The notes: generated from the sequence alone by a model not told the origin. DNA of 43,539 bases from Candidatus Omnitrophota bacterium (GCA_023819315.1 JAMWBQ010000002.1:1-43539), one strand, 5' to 3'. Shown: positions 1-10,494, counted from the first letter of the stretch. A program made the numbers and translations.

Positions 1-2
1 AT

Positions 3-116
3 TTGAATGGTAAGGTCTCTATAGTGTATAAAGGAAGGAAGTTAAACTATAAAAAGATATCTGAATACAATAAACGAAGAGAGATTACTTTAGAAGAATT
101 TCTTTCAAAAAGATGA
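3..116 (+). mobile_element. 3' end of a probable IS1202/ISNCY-family DDE transposase (5'-truncated by the window)
   Basis: Frame from nt 3 reads LNGKVSIVYKGRKLNYKKISEYNKRREITLEEFLSKR*, resembling the 'L(D/N)GxIxIxYKGxxLxYxxI' C-terminal segment of ISNCY/IS1202 transposases. The stop codon runs into an IR-like sequence. Confidence 0.65.
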
Positions 117-137
117 CATTTTTATGTTGCATTAACA
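114..137. repeat. Putative right terminal inverted repeat of the IS
   Basis: TGACATTTTTATGTTGCATTAACA: GACATTT core and terminal ACA-3', as in IS1202/IS481-like TGT...ACA ends. The left IR is outside the window. Confidence 0.55.
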
Positions 138-152
138 AAGTTTTTTAATTTT

Positions 153-1241
153 ATGGTAAACAAAGGAAGATTAGATAAAATAAAGGTTTATACTGCCGGT
201 AAACCTATAGAGGAACTAAAGAGAGAGAGGAATTTAAAAAATATATACAAGTTAGCTTCTAACGAAATACCTTTTTCTCCCAATTATATAAAAGAAGCTA
301 TTCTAAAAGAGTTGAAAAATATAAATCGCTATCCTGAGAGCAATTGTTTCTATCTTCGTAAATGTTTGAGCGAGAAGTTAGGGGTAAGGGAAGAACAACT
401 TGTATTTGGTAATGGTTCAGATGAGTTAATCATTTTAGCTATAAGAGCTTTAACCTTTCCTAAGAGCAATGTTATCGTAGGTTTCCCTACCTTTCTTATT
501 TATGAAATTCAGGCTAAGGTTAGCGGGATAAAAGTTAAAAGAATTCCCCTGATAAATTACCGTTATAACCTTGAAGCTATGGCTAAGGCTGTGGATAGAA
601 ACACTAAAATTATCTTTATAGCTAATCCCGATAATCCTCATGGTACGTACGTAAATCATAAAGAGGTAGAGAATTTCTTAGATAGTATCCCTAAGGAGGT
701 TGTTGTGTTTTTTGATGAAGCTTATTTTGAATTTGTTTCCCAAAAGGATTTTCCTAATAGTTTGTCTATTATTAAGAAAAGACCTAATACGATAGTTACT
801 CGTACATTTTCTAAAGCTTATGGTTTAGCAGGATTGCGTATCGGTTATGCTATTAGTAGTGGGGAAATTGCTTCCTTGTTAGAAAAGGTAAGAGAACCTT
901 TCAATGTTAACAGATTTGCTCAAGTTTCAGCTATAGAAGCATTAAAGAACAAAGGATTTCTTAGTAAAGTATTGGAGAATAACACTAAGGAAAAAGATTT
1001 TCTATATAGAGAATTCAAAAGCATAGGAATAAGTTTTATAGAGAGTGTAACTAATTTTATCCTCATAGATTTTAAACAGGATACTAAATTGCTTAACGAG
1101 TATTTACTTGAACGGGGTGTAATTGTAAGGGAGTTAGATTCTTGGGGTTTAAAGAATTTTTTTAGAGTTACCATCGGCACACACGAGGAGAATTTAGCTC
1201 TGGTTAGATATTTAAAAGAATATTTAAAAATGAGGAGGTAA
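153..1241 (+). CDS. hisC: Histidinol-phosphate aminotransferase
   Basis: KLASNE, NRYP, GNGSDE, NPDNPHG, DEAYFEF, RTFSKAYGLAGLRIGY PLP-lysine motif. Confidence 0.95.
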   Translation: MVNKGRLDKIKVYTAGKPIEELKRERNLKNIYKLASNEIPFSPNYIKEAILKELKNINRYPESNCFYLRKCLSEKLGVREEQLVFGNGSDELIILAIRALTFPKSNVIVGFPTFLIYEIQAKVSGIKVKRIPLINYRYNLEAMAKAVDRNTKIIFIANPDNPHGTYVNHKEVENFLDSIPKEVVVFFDEAYFEFVSQKDFPNSLSIIKKRPNTIVTRTFSKAYGLAGLRIGYAISSGEIASLLEKVREPFNVNRFAQVSAIEALKNKGFLSKVLENNTKEKDFLYREFKSIGISFIESVTNFILIDFKQDTKLLNEYLLERGVIVRELDSWGLKNFFRVTIGTHEENLALVRYLKEYLKMRR

Positions 1242-1244
1242 ACG

Positions 1245-2261
1245 ATGATAATTGTATTTAAAAAGGGGGCTACTCAAGAAGAGATTAATCATGTGGTTGA
1301 GAGGGTAGAACAGTTAGGTCTAAGAGTAATGGTATCGCAAGGTGTGGAGAGGACAATCTTAGGGGTGATCGGTGAGGAAGATAGAGCAAGGTTACAGCCA
1401 TTTGAAGTTTTCCCCGGTGTAGAGAAGGTTATGCCAGTTTTGTCACCTTACAAGTTGGTTTCTAGAGAATTCAAGCAAGAGGATTCTATAATTAAAATAA
1501 ACAATGAAGTTTCTATAGGAGGTAAAGAAATAATTGTAATTGCTGGACCTTGTGCTATAGAGTCAGAAGAACAACTTTTTAAAGTAGCGGAGGCAGTTAA
1601 ACTGGCAGGAGCAAAAGTTTTAAGAGGAGGTGCTTTTAAACCACGAACTTCTCCTTACAATTTCCAAGGTTTAGGAGAGGAAGGATTGAAGATATTAAAG
1701 GAAGCATCTTTAAAATTTGGTTTACCTACAGCTACCGAGGTTATGGATACAAGAAGTGTAGATTTAGTATCCAAGTACGCTGATATCCTACAGATTGGAG
1801 CAAGAAATATGCAGAATTTTAATCTTCTTAAAGAAGTTGGTCAGACACGTAAGCCGGTAATTTTAAAAAGGGGTTTAAGCGCTACCATTCAGGAGTGGTT
1901 AATGAGCGCAGAGTACATACTTTCTGAAGGGAATTTTAATGTTATTCTTTGTGAACGGGGGATAAGGACATTTGAAAATTTTACTCGTAATACGCTTGAT
2001 TTGAGTGCTGTACCAATAGTTAAAAATTTATCCCATCTACCTATAATCGTTGACCCCTCGCATGCCACGGGCAAATGGAATTTAGTTCTACCTTTAAGTA
2101 AAGCAGCTATAGCTTGTGGTAGTGATGGTTTACTTATAGAAGTGCATCATAATCCTGAGGAAGCTTTAAGTGATGGTCCTCAACAACTTTTACCCGAAAG
2201 ATTTGCTTGGGGTATGGAGGAGCTTAAGAAGTTAGCTAAGGATATAGGAAGGTTAATTTGA
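1245..2261 (+). CDS. aroF: DAHP synthase, type I-beta with N-terminal ACT-like regulatory domain
   Basis: IAGPCAIES, GGAFKPRTSPY, QIGARNMQNF, CERGIRTF, DPSHATG, SDGPQ; SD GAGGAGG upstream. Confidence 0.95.
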   Translation: MIIVFKKGATQEEINHVVERVEQLGLRVMVSQGVERTILGVIGEEDRARLQPFEVFPGVEKVMPVLSPYKLVSREFKQEDSIIKINNEVSIGGKEIIVIAGPCAIESEEQLFKVAEAVKLAGAKVLRGGAFKPRTSPYNFQGLGEEGLKILKEASLKFGLPTATEVMDTRSVDLVSKYADILQIGARNMQNFNLLKEVGQTRKPVILKRGLSATIQEWLMSAEYILSEGNFNVILCERGIRTFENFTRNTLDLSAVPIVKNLSHLPIIVDPSHATGKWNLVLPLSKAAIACGSDGLLIEVHHNPEEALSDGPQQLLPERFAWGMEELKKLAKDIGRLI

Positions 2262-2271
2262 GAGATAAATA

Positions 2272-3114
2272 ATGAATTTTAGAAAGATAAGCATACTTGG
2301 CGTAGGATTAATGGGTGGTTCCTTAGCTTTAGCTTTAAAGGAAAAATTTCCTAAAATTGCTCTCTGGGGATATGCAAGAAATAAAAGCTCTTACGAAAGA
2401 CTAAATAGATTAAATATCGTTGATTTAGTTAGTCAAAGTTTAGAGGAGGTGGTTAGAGATAGTGATTTGGTAATATTAGCTTCTCCTATTAGAGTGATTC
2501 TTAAACATTTAGAAGAGATTGGTTGTTTTTTGAAAAAGGGAGCTATTGTTATCGATTTAGGGAGTGTAAAAAAGGTAGTTATAGATAGAGCTAAAAAGTG
2601 TTTACCAAAAGATGTTAGTTTCGTAGGTTGTCATCCTCTATGTGGGAGTGAAAAAAAAGGAGCCCTGAACGCAAATAAAGACCTGTATAAGAATTCCCTG
2701 TGTATTATTACATCTTTCAATGCCTCATCTCAGATAATTAAAGAGTTTTGGGAAAGTTTAGGGTCAAAAGTATACTTTCTTAATCCATCTTTACACGATA
2801 GGATACTTTCTGATATCTCTCATCTACCGCATATATTATCCTTTTCTTTGACGGAATTGGTTTCTCTTAAGGCAATGAATCTTGCTTCGGGTAGTTTCAG
2901 AGATTTAACTCGTATATCCTCCTCACCTCCTGACGTTTGGGTTGACATATTTATTTACAATGGTAAAAATATTATCAATTCAATTCAGCGGTATATTAAG
3001 ATATTAAGATGGTTTACACAACGTATAAAAGAAAGTAATGAAGAAGAGCTTTTTTCTAAGATAAAAAAAATAAATAAAAAGATAGGTAAGTTAGGAATCC
3101 CTCACTATTTATGA
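2272..3114 (+). CDS. tyrA: Prephenate/arogenate dehydrogenase
   Basis: GVGLMGGSLA Rossmann motif, DLGSVK, GCHPLCGSE, HDRIL..ISHLPH, SFRDLTRI. Confidence 0.92.
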   Translation: MNFRKISILGVGLMGGSLALALKEKFPKIALWGYARNKSSYERLNRLNIVDLVSQSLEEVVRDSDLVILASPIRVILKHLEEIGCFLKKGAIVIDLGSVKKVVIDRAKKCLPKDVSFVGCHPLCGSEKKGALNANKDLYKNSLCIITSFNASSQIIKEFWESLGSKVYFLNPSLHDRILSDISHLPHILSFSLTELVSLKAMNLASGSFRDLTRISSSPPDVWVDIFIYNGKNIINSIQRYIKILRWFTQRIKESNEEELFSKIKKINKKIGKLGIPHYL

Positions 3115-3752
3115 TTATCGCTATAGATGGACCAGCAGGAGCAGGTAAGACTACCATAGCTAAATTATTGGCTAAAAGATTGGGTATCTTATACTTGGAT
3201 ACAGGAGCGACTTATAGGGTTCTTACATTAAAGGCTTTAAAGGAAAATATTCCTTTAGATGATGCCCTTGCTTTGAGAGATACTGCTATAAATTTAAATG
3301 TTAGATGGGAAGAGGGAAAAATTTACCTTGATGGTGAGGATGTAACCGACCAGATACGTTCCCCTAACATAGACAAGAGTATATCTTTACCTGTATCTTT
3401 TAAAGAAGTTAGGGAGGCGATGGTAGAGTTTCAACGTAGACTGGTAGGAACTAATGATGCTGTGGTTGAAGGTAGAGATACTACCACAGTAGTTTTTCCC
3501 AACGCTGACTACAAGTTTTATTTAGATGCATCTTTGGATGAACGAGCACGTAGACGTCACAGCGAGATGATAAATAAAAATATAAGGGTAGAATTAGAAG
3601 AGATAAAGCACCATATAGCAATAAGGGATAGAGCAGATTTAACTCGAGATGTAGGACCTCTTAAGAGAGCTCCTGACGCCATATTGATAGATACTACCAA
3701 TTTAACTATAGAAGAGGTAATAGGGATAATTTTAAGTTATATTAAGAGATGA
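3111..3752 (+). CDS. cmk: Cytidylate kinase
   Basis: IAIDGPAGAGKTT, LDTGATYR, VEGRD, RDRAD. Confidence 0.95.
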   Translation: MIIAIDGPAGAGKTTIAKLLAKRLGILYLDTGATYRVLTLKALKENIPLDDALALRDTAINLNVRWEEGKIYLDGEDVTDQIRSPNIDKSISLPVSFKEVREAMVEFQRRLVGTNDAVVEGRDTTTVVFPNADYKFYLDASLDERARRRHSEMINKNIRVELEEIKHHIAIRDRADLTRDVGPLKRAPDAILIDTTNLTIEEVIGIILSYIKR

Positions 3753-5542
3753 TAGATATAAGCTATATAAGAAACTTCTGTATAATTGCCCATATCGACC
3801 ATGGTAAATCAACCTTAGCCGATAGATTTTTAGAACTCAGTGGGGTTGTAGATAAAAGAAAGGTAAGTGAACAGATGTTGGATAGTATGGAGTTAGAGAG
3901 AGAACGAGGCATAACTATTAAAGCAAAGGCAGTGAGTTTAAATTATTCTTATCAAGGCAAAAATTATGTGCTTAATCTTATCGATACCCCTGGTCACGTA
4001 GATTTTACTTATGAAGTAGCTAAGTCTTTAAGAGCTTCTGAAGGAGCTATACTTTTAGTAGATGCTTCTCAGGGAGTAGAAGCTCAGACAGTGGCTAATT
4101 TTTATTTAGCATTGGAAAACAATTTAAAAATTATCCCTGTTATAAATAAGATAGATTTACCCAATGCTGATGTAGATAGAACGATCAATCAACTACAAGA
4201 TATATTTGGGTTTAAACCTGAGGAGGTCTCCCTTGTTTCAGCAAAAGAGGGTAAAGGAATAGATAGTGTGATTAAAAGAATTATTGAGGAATTACCTCCA
4301 CCTTCAGGTGATAAAGATAAACCATTGAAAGCTATTCTTTTTGATACTGGTTTAGACCCTTATAGGGGTATAATTCTATTTATAAGAATTTTTCAAGGCA
4401 AATTAAGAACAGGTGAGGAGATACTCTTTATGCATAGAAATAGAAGATATAAGGTAGAGGAGTTAGGAGTGTTTACCCTTAATCCTATAAAGAAAGAAGA
4501 ACTGGTTTGTGGAGAAGTTGGTTACCTATACTGTAATATTAAAGACCCGCAGGAAGTTGATACTGGTGATACTATTACTTCTCCTTTAAATCCTGTAGAT
4601 GCACCTTTTGAAGGGCATAAAAAATTAACCCCTATGGTTTTCTGTGGAATATTTCCTTCTTCTCCTGCAGATTACCTGTCTCTTAAGGAAGCAATGGAGA
4701 AGATGAGATTATCTGACCCATCTTTTGTTTACGAGCCAGATAATTTAGGTTCCTTAGGTTATGGGTTTAGGTGTGGTTTTTTAGGACTTCTCCATATGGA
4801 TATTATTCAAGAAAGATTAGAAAGAGAATTTGGATTAGACCTAATTATAACCTCTCCTAATGTTCTTTATAAAGTTAAGACTAATAAGGGAGAATTGATA
4901 GATGTGGAGAGTCCCCATCAATTACCCCCACCAAACAATATCGAGGAGATGTTAGAGCCATTTACTAAGGTTTCGATTATTACACCTTTGGAGTATATGG
5001 AGACAATATGCGATTTCTCTAAATCTCGTCGAGGAAATTTCCTTAATATGGATTACTTAGGTAAAGATAGATTAAATATAGTTTTTGAATTACCTCTATC
5101 AGAGATTATTGTAGATTTTTACGATAAGATAAAATCCATTACAAAAGGTTACGCTTCTATAGATTACACTTTTATTGGATATAGAAAAACAGAAATTGTT
5201 AAAATTGATATTCTTTTCAACAAGAAGAAGATGGAAGCATTCTCTCTTCTGGTAAATAAGGAAAATTCTTATAATAGGGCAAGGGCAGTGGTAGATAAGT
5301 TGAAGGAATTAATTCCCCGTCAGATGTTTGAAGTTAATATCCAAGCAGCTATAGGTTCAAATATTATCGCTTCTGCTAAAATATCTCCTTTAAGAAAAAA
5401 TGTTACCGCTAAGTGTTATGGAGGAGATATTACTCGTAAGAGGAAGTTATGGGAAAGACAAAAGGAGGGTAAGAAAAAGCTTAAGCAGTTAGGTAATATC
5501 CAAGTTCCCAAAGAGGCTTTTTTAGAAGTGCTTAAAGCATAG
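3749..5542 (+). CDS. lepA: Elongation factor 4 (LepA)
   Basis: IAHIDHGKSTLADR, ERERGITIK, DTPGHVDF, GFRCGFLGLLH, KCYGGDITRKRKL. Confidence 0.98.
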   Translation: MIDISYIRNFCIIAHIDHGKSTLADRFLELSGVVDKRKVSEQMLDSMELERERGITIKAKAVSLNYSYQGKNYVLNLIDTPGHVDFTYEVAKSLRASEGAILLVDASQGVEAQTVANFYLALENNLKIIPVINKIDLPNADVDRTINQLQDIFGFKPEEVSLVSAKEGKGIDSVIKRIIEELPPPSGDKDKPLKAILFDTGLDPYRGIILFIRIFQGKLRTGEEILFMHRNRRYKVEELGVFTLNPIKKEELVCGEVGYLYCNIKDPQEVDTGDTITSPLNPVDAPFEGHKKLTPMVFCGIFPSSPADYLSLKEAMEKMRLSDPSFVYEPDNLGSLGYGFRCGFLGLLHMDIIQERLEREFGLDLIITSPNVLYKVKTNKGELIDVESPHQLPPPNNIEEMLEPFTKVSIITPLEYMETICDFSKSRRGNFLNMDYLGKDRLNIVFELPLSEIIVDFYDKIKSITKGYASIDYTFIGYRKTEIVKIDILFNKKKMEAFSLLVNKENSYNRARAVVDKLKELIPRQMFEVNIQAAIGSNIIASAKISPLRKNVTAKCYGGDITRKRKLWERQKEGKKKLKQLGNIQVPKEAFLEVLKA

Positions 5543-5567
5543 TAGATACTTAACATTAATATTAGAT

Positions 5568-6821
5568 ATGCACTATTTTCAATATCGTAATAATGAACTT
5601 TACTGTGAGAAGAAAAAAGTTATAGATATAGCTAAGGAGTTTGGTACACCTCTATACTTGTATTCTTATAGAACGATAACCGAACATTTTGATAAAATCA
5701 AAAGGGCGTTCAGTTGTTTAGATCCTCTTATCTGTTATTCGGTAAAAGCAAACTCCAACCTAACTATATTAAAGATATTAGTAGAAAGGGGAGCGGGTTT
5801 AGATATTGTTTCGGGAGGCGAGCTATTTAGAGCAAGATTAGTTAAGTGTCCTCCTAAACGGATAGTTTATGCTTCTGTAGGTAAGACGGAGAAAGAGATA
5901 AAGGAAGCAATAGATTATGGTATACTTTTATTTAATGTGGAATCTTTGCCGGAATTGGTAAGGATAAATAAGTTAGCAAAATCCTTAAATAAAAAGGTAG
6001 ATGTAGCATTAAGGTTTAATCCCGATATTTCTTCCTCTACTCATAGATACATAGTTACAGGTAAGAAAGAAACTAAATTTGGTATGGATATAGATAGTAT
6101 CAAACATATATTTTCTTCGTGGGATAATTATTCATCTATTAATCTTAAGGGTTTACATATCCATATTGGGTCACAGATTACTCAGGCAGAGCCTTTTATT
6201 CGCGCAATTAAAAGGGTAAAAAATATTATGGACGAATTAGCTAAAGATGGTATCTATTTAGATTATTTGAATATTGGAGGGGGATTGGGAATAGTTTACA
6301 GTGAAGAGAAACCACAGAGTGCACAAGATTTTGCCGATAAAGTTTTACCTTTATTAAAAGGGATGAATTTTAAATTGATTCTTGAGCCGGGTAGATTCAT
6401 CGTGGGTAATGCCGGTATACTGGTAACTAAGGTGATTTATATAAAAGATACCCCTATAAAGAGATTTATAATAGTTGATGCTGCCATGAACGATTTGATC
6501 AGACCAGCTCTCTACGGAGCATTTCATCGTATAGAACCTTTGAGGAAGAGAGCAGATGTTTTTGAGAAAAAATTGAGCGATATAGTGGGACCTGTTTGTG
6601 AAAGTGGCGATTTCCTTGGTAAGGATAGAGAATTGAATGTGAAGGAAGGTGATTACTTAGTAGTTTTTGGTGCGGGTGCTTATGGGTTTAGTATGAGTTC
6701 TAATTATAATTCCCGTCCAAGAGCAAGAGAGGTATTGGTTAAAGGTAACAGAACTTATCTTATAAGGGAGAGAGAAACTTACCAAGATTTAGTTAGGAAA
6801 GAAAGAATAGTTTCTATTTAA
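5568..6821 (+). CDS. lysA: Diaminopimelate decarboxylase
   Basis: YSVKANSN, DIVSGGEL, HIHIGSQI, EPGRFIVG, GPVCESGDF, GAYGFSMSSNYNSRP. Confidence 0.96.
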   Translation: MHYFQYRNNELYCEKKKVIDIAKEFGTPLYLYSYRTITEHFDKIKRAFSCLDPLICYSVKANSNLTILKILVERGAGLDIVSGGELFRARLVKCPPKRIVYASVGKTEKEIKEAIDYGILLFNVESLPELVRINKLAKSLNKKVDVALRFNPDISSSTHRYIVTGKKETKFGMDIDSIKHIFSSWDNYSSINLKGLHIHIGSQITQAEPFIRAIKRVKNIMDELAKDGIYLDYLNIGGGLGIVYSEEKPQSAQDFADKVLPLLKGMNFKLILEPGRFIVGNAGILVTKVIYIKDTPIKRFIIVDAAMNDLIRPALYGAFHRIEPLRKRADVFEKKLSDIVGPVCESGDFLGKDRELNVKEGDYLVVFGAGAYGFSMSSNYNSRPRAREVLVKGNRTYLIRERETYQDLVRKERIVSI

Positions 6822-6832
6822 GTTAAAACCTT

Positions 6833-7678
6833 ATGCCCAAAATTAAATTCTATAAGTTTCAAGCTTCCGGTAACGATTTTGTTCTCATTGATGGAAGAAA
6901 ATTAACTCATCAGCTTAAATGGAGAGTTTTAGCTAAGCAACTATGCCGAAGAAGATTTGGTATAGGTGGGGATGGTTTATTGCTAATTGGGAAATCTAAG
7001 TTGGCGGATTTTAAAATGTCTATTTTTAATCCCGATGGTTCAGAAGCAGAGATGTGTGGTAATGGAGCACGTTGTGTTAGTTTATGGGCTTCATTTCAGG
7101 AGAGGAATAACTTGCCTAAATTTGAAACAAAAGCGGGAGTTATAGAGGCTCAGGTAAAGAGTAAGTTCAATTTAAATAATAGTAAAAATTTTGCTCAAGT
7201 TAAAATAAAGATGACTGAGCCGGTTGGATTAAGGCTCAAGTTTAATTTATCTATTCGCGGCAAAGGTATCAGAGCTAATTATATTAATACCGGTGTTCCT
7301 CATACGATTATCTTTGTGGAAGGTTTGGAGAAAATAGATGTAGAAAATTTAGGGAGAGTTATTCGTTACCATAAGGAGTTTTCTCCTAAAGGGACAAATG
7401 TTGATTTTGTAGAAATACTGAAAGATGATCTTATAAAAATAAGAACTTACGAACGAGGGGTAGAAAAAGAAACTTTAGCTTGTGGTAGTGGAGCGGTAGC
7501 TTCAGCAATTGTTTCCACTTATCAGCAAGAACTTATTAAAAGTAAGTTTACAATAAAGGTGATTACTCAAGGAGGAGAAATTCTAAAGGTTTATTTTATC
7601 AAAAATAGTGATAAAATAGAAGATGTTTGGTTAGAAGGGAAAGCCTATTTTGTTTATAAGGGAGAGGTAGAGATTTAA
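6833..7678 (+). CDS. dapF: Diaminopimelate epimerase
   Basis: GNDFV, NPDGSEAEMCGNGARC, TGVPH, YERGVEKETLACGSGA. Confidence 0.96.
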   Translation: MPKIKFYKFQASGNDFVLIDGRKLTHQLKWRVLAKQLCRRRFGIGGDGLLLIGKSKLADFKMSIFNPDGSEAEMCGNGARCVSLWASFQERNNLPKFETKAGVIEAQVKSKFNLNNSKNFAQVKIKMTEPVGLRLKFNLSIRGKGIRANYINTGVPHTIIFVEGLEKIDVENLGRVIRYHKEFSPKGTNVDFVEILKDDLIKIRTYERGVEKETLACGSGAVASAIVSTYQQELIKSKFTIKVITQGGEILKVYFIKNSDKIEDVWLEGKAYFVYKGEVEI

Positions 7679-7689
7679 AAGGGGGAGTT

Positions 7690-8568
7690 ATGTTTAAAGG
7701 TAGTATTGTGGCATTGGTTACACCTTTCCACGATGATGGTAAATTGGATGAAGAAAGATTAAGATTTCTAATCAACTGGCATATTAAGAATAAAACTGAT
7801 GCTATTTTAATATGTGGTACAACCGGTGAGAGTGCAACTTTGACTTACGCTGAACATAAACGGGTAATAAGTATAGCAGTAGAAGAAGCAAAAGGAAAGT
7901 TTCCTGTTATTGCTGGTGCTGGTTCTAATTCTACCCATGAGAGTTTAGAGTTAGCTAGTTATGCTAAAGAAGTAAAAGCAGATGCTATCTTAGTGATTAC
8001 CCCTTACTATAACAAACCTACTCAGGAAGGTTTATATCAACACTATTCTCTTATCGCTAAGAGGATAAACTTACCTCTGATTATTTATAATGTTCCTTCA
8101 CGCACAGGAATAAATATTTTGCCTACTACGGTGGCTAAATTGTATAAGGAGCATAAGAATATTGTAGGTATAAAAGAAGCAAGTGGCTCTTTAGACCAAA
8201 TAACTCAACTTATGAGCCTTGTGGATAGAAAATTTATTCTTTTTTCCGGTAGCGATGAGATTACTCTTCCTATACTTTCTGTAGGAGGAAGAGGGGTAGT
8301 TTCTGTTTTAGCAAATATAATGCCCAGACAGACTCATAATTTAGTCCATAAATTTTTAGAGGGCGATTGGGAGGAAGCCAAACGTTTACAGTTAGGACTT
8401 TACGAGTTAATCAAAGCTTTATTTATGGAGACTAACCCCATTCCTGTTAAAACTGCCTTAGGTCTTATGGGTATGATTACACCTAAACTGCGTTTACCCT
8501 TATGTGAGATGAACGAGGCCAGTAAGCTTAAATTAGAGGAAGTTTTAAAGAAGTACAAACTTCTATAG
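7690..8568 (+). CDS. dapA: 4-hydroxy-tetrahydrodipicolinate synthase
   Basis: GTTGESATL, PYYNKP, IYNVPSRTG, GIKEASG, ETNPIPVK. Confidence 0.97.
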   Translation: MFKGSIVALVTPFHDDGKLDEERLRFLINWHIKNKTDAILICGTTGESATLTYAEHKRVISIAVEEAKGKFPVIAGAGSNSTHESLELASYAKEVKADAILVITPYYNKPTQEGLYQHYSLIAKRINLPLIIYNVPSRTGINILPTTVAKLYKEHKNIVGIKEASGSLDQITQLMSLVDRKFILFSGSDEITLPILSVGGRGVVSVLANIMPRQTHNLVHKFLEGDWEEAKRLQLGLYELIKALFMETNPIPVKTALGLMGMITPKLRLPLCEMNEASKLKLEEVLKKYKLL

Positions 8569-8577
8569 GAGGCAGGA

Positions 8578-9294
8578 ATGATAAAATTAGGAGTTAGTGG
8601 TGCTTGCGGTAAAATGGGCAAAAGAATAATTGATTTAGCCAGAACCGATAAAGATTTTAAGCTCGTATGTGCTATTGAACATAAAGATCATCCCCAGATT
8701 GGTTCATTTATTGGCGATGTAATGATAGAAACAGGGTTAGATTCATTAAGGTATTGCGATTGCTTGATTGAGTTTACTTCTCCTTTAGCAACTGTTGAAC
8801 ATCTCGATTATTTAGTAAAATTTAGGAAGCCTGCTGTTATTGGTACAACTGGTTTAAATGAGGGTGAAGAAAAAAGAGTTAAGGAAGCAGCAAAATATAT
8901 ACCTATTGTTTTCTCTCCTAATATGAGTGTAGGGGTAAATCTTATATTTAAGATAGTTAGGATAGCTTCTAAGATTTTGAAGAATTATAAAGTATATATT
9001 GAAGAGGCACATCATATCCATAAGAAAGATGCTCCTTCAGGAACAGCAAAAAAAATTGCTCAAATTGTAAAAGAAGAAGGTTTTATCGTTGATTCTAAAG
9101 ATATAAAGTCAATTAGAGAAGATGAGATAGTAGGTGACCATAGAGTAATTTTTGATAGCGAACTTGATAGGATAGAGATTTTTCACTCCGCCAAGACAAG
9201 AGATATTTTTGCTCAGGGAGCACTTTTAGCAGCTAAGTGGGTGGTAGATAAAAAGCCGGGATTATACTCTATGGATGATGTGATTCAAATTTAA
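8578..9294 (+). CDS. dapB: 4-hydroxy-tetrahydrodipicolinate reductase
   Basis: GACGKMG, VIGTTG, SPNMSVGVN, EAHHIHKKDAPSGTA. Confidence 0.96.
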   Translation: MIKLGVSGACGKMGKRIIDLARTDKDFKLVCAIEHKDHPQIGSFIGDVMIETGLDSLRYCDCLIEFTSPLATVEHLDYLVKFRKPAVIGTTGLNEGEEKRVKEAAKYIPIVFSPNMSVGVNLIFKIVRIASKILKNYKVYIEEAHHIHKKDAPSGTAKKIAQIVKEEGFIVDSKDIKSIREDEIVGDHRVIFDSELDRIEIFHSAKTRDIFAQGALLAAKWVVDKKPGLYSMDDVIQI

Positions 9295-9300
9295 ATTATT

Positions 9301-10467
9301 ATGGTCAAAATAGATTTCTCAAATAGATTAAAGAATTTACCTCCCTATCTTTTTGCTGAGATAGATAGGCTGAAAGGGGAGTTGAAAAGAAAAGGGGTAG
9401 AGTTTATAGATTTAAGCATCGGTGATCCAGATATTTTAGCTCCTAAAAAAGTTATCGATATTTTATATTCCTCAGCTAAGAAAAAAGAGAATCAGAAATA
9501 TTCTTTAGATCAAGGTAAACTAACTTTTAGGTTAGCAGTAAAGGATTGGTTTAAACATAGATTTAAAGTTAATTTAGATGAGAGCAAGGAGATTTTACCT
9601 CTAATTGGTTCAAAGGAAGGTTTAGTTCATTTGCCGTTGAGTTTGGTGAATAGAGGTGATTATGTTATCGTTCCTTCACCGGGTTATCCTGGATATAGAG
9701 GGGGAGCTATCCTTTCAGAAGCAAATATTTACGAATTACCCCTATGGGAGGAGAATAGTTTTTTACCCGATTTAGGAAAGATACCTAAATCTATAAGGAA
9801 CAAAGCAAAGTTAATTTATTTAAATTATCCCAATAATCCCACAACCGCTTTAGCCAACAAAGATTTCTTAGAGAGGGTAATTAAATTCTGTTCTCATTAT
9901 GGGATAATTTTAGCTTACGATAATGCTTATTGTGAGATATACTTTGAAGATAAACCGTTAAGTATTCTGGAAATAGAAGGTGCCAAAGATATCGCTATAG
10001 AGTTTCATTCTCTTTCCAAAACATTTTGTATGACTGGTTTTAGAATCGGTTGGGCGTGTGGTAATAGTAATTTGATAGCGGGATTACTAAAAGTTAAGAC
10101 CAATATAGATTCAGGGATATTTTGTGCAATTCAGGATTGTGCAGCATATGCTTTGGAAAAGGAGAGAGATTATATTGATAATCTTAGAAAGATTATAAAG
10201 GAGAGAAGGGACATTTTTGTAAATGGTTTAAAAAGAGGAGGTGCAGAAAATATTTACGCTCTAAGCACTTTTTATGTGTGGGTAAGGATACCTAAAGATT
10301 TCTCTTCTTCAATGGAATTTGTAAAATACCTTATTAAAAGAGGTGTGATAGCTACTGCTGGCGTAGGGTTTGGGAATTATGGAGAAGGATTCGTAAGGTT
10401 TGCTTTAACTGTTAATAAAGATAAATTGAAGAAAGCATTAACCATTATGGGAACCAATAGAAACTAA
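9301..10467 (+). CDS. dapL: LL-diaminopimelate aminotransferase (class I/II PLP enzyme)
   Basis: LPPYLFAEI, LIGSKEG, NYPNNPT, EFHSLSKTFCMTGFRIG; directly follows lysA-dapF-dapA-dapB and completes that pathway. Confidence 0.8.
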   Translation: MVKIDFSNRLKNLPPYLFAEIDRLKGELKRKGVEFIDLSIGDPDILAPKKVIDILYSSAKKKENQKYSLDQGKLTFRLAVKDWFKHRFKVNLDESKEILPLIGSKEGLVHLPLSLVNRGDYVIVPSPGYPGYRGGAILSEANIYELPLWEENSFLPDLGKIPKSIRNKAKLIYLNYPNNPTTALANKDFLERVIKFCSHYGIILAYDNAYCEIYFEDKPLSILEIEGAKDIAIEFHSLSKTFCMTGFRIGWACGNSNLIAGLLKVKTNIDSGIFCAIQDCAAYALEKERDYIDNLRKIIKERRDIFVNGLKRGGAENIYALSTFYVWVRIPKDFSSSMEFVKYLIKRGVIATAGVGFGNYGEGFVRFALTVNKDKLKKALTIMGTNRN

Positions 10468-10494
10468 AGAGAAAATTATTGTTAATATTTATTT

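Noticed and set aside
134-161. dif/xrs-like site next to the IS end (TTATGGTAAAC resembles a XerD arm; some IS1202-family elements target such sites)
   Set aside because: No matching XerC arm at 6-bp spacing, and the match overlaps the hisC start codon.
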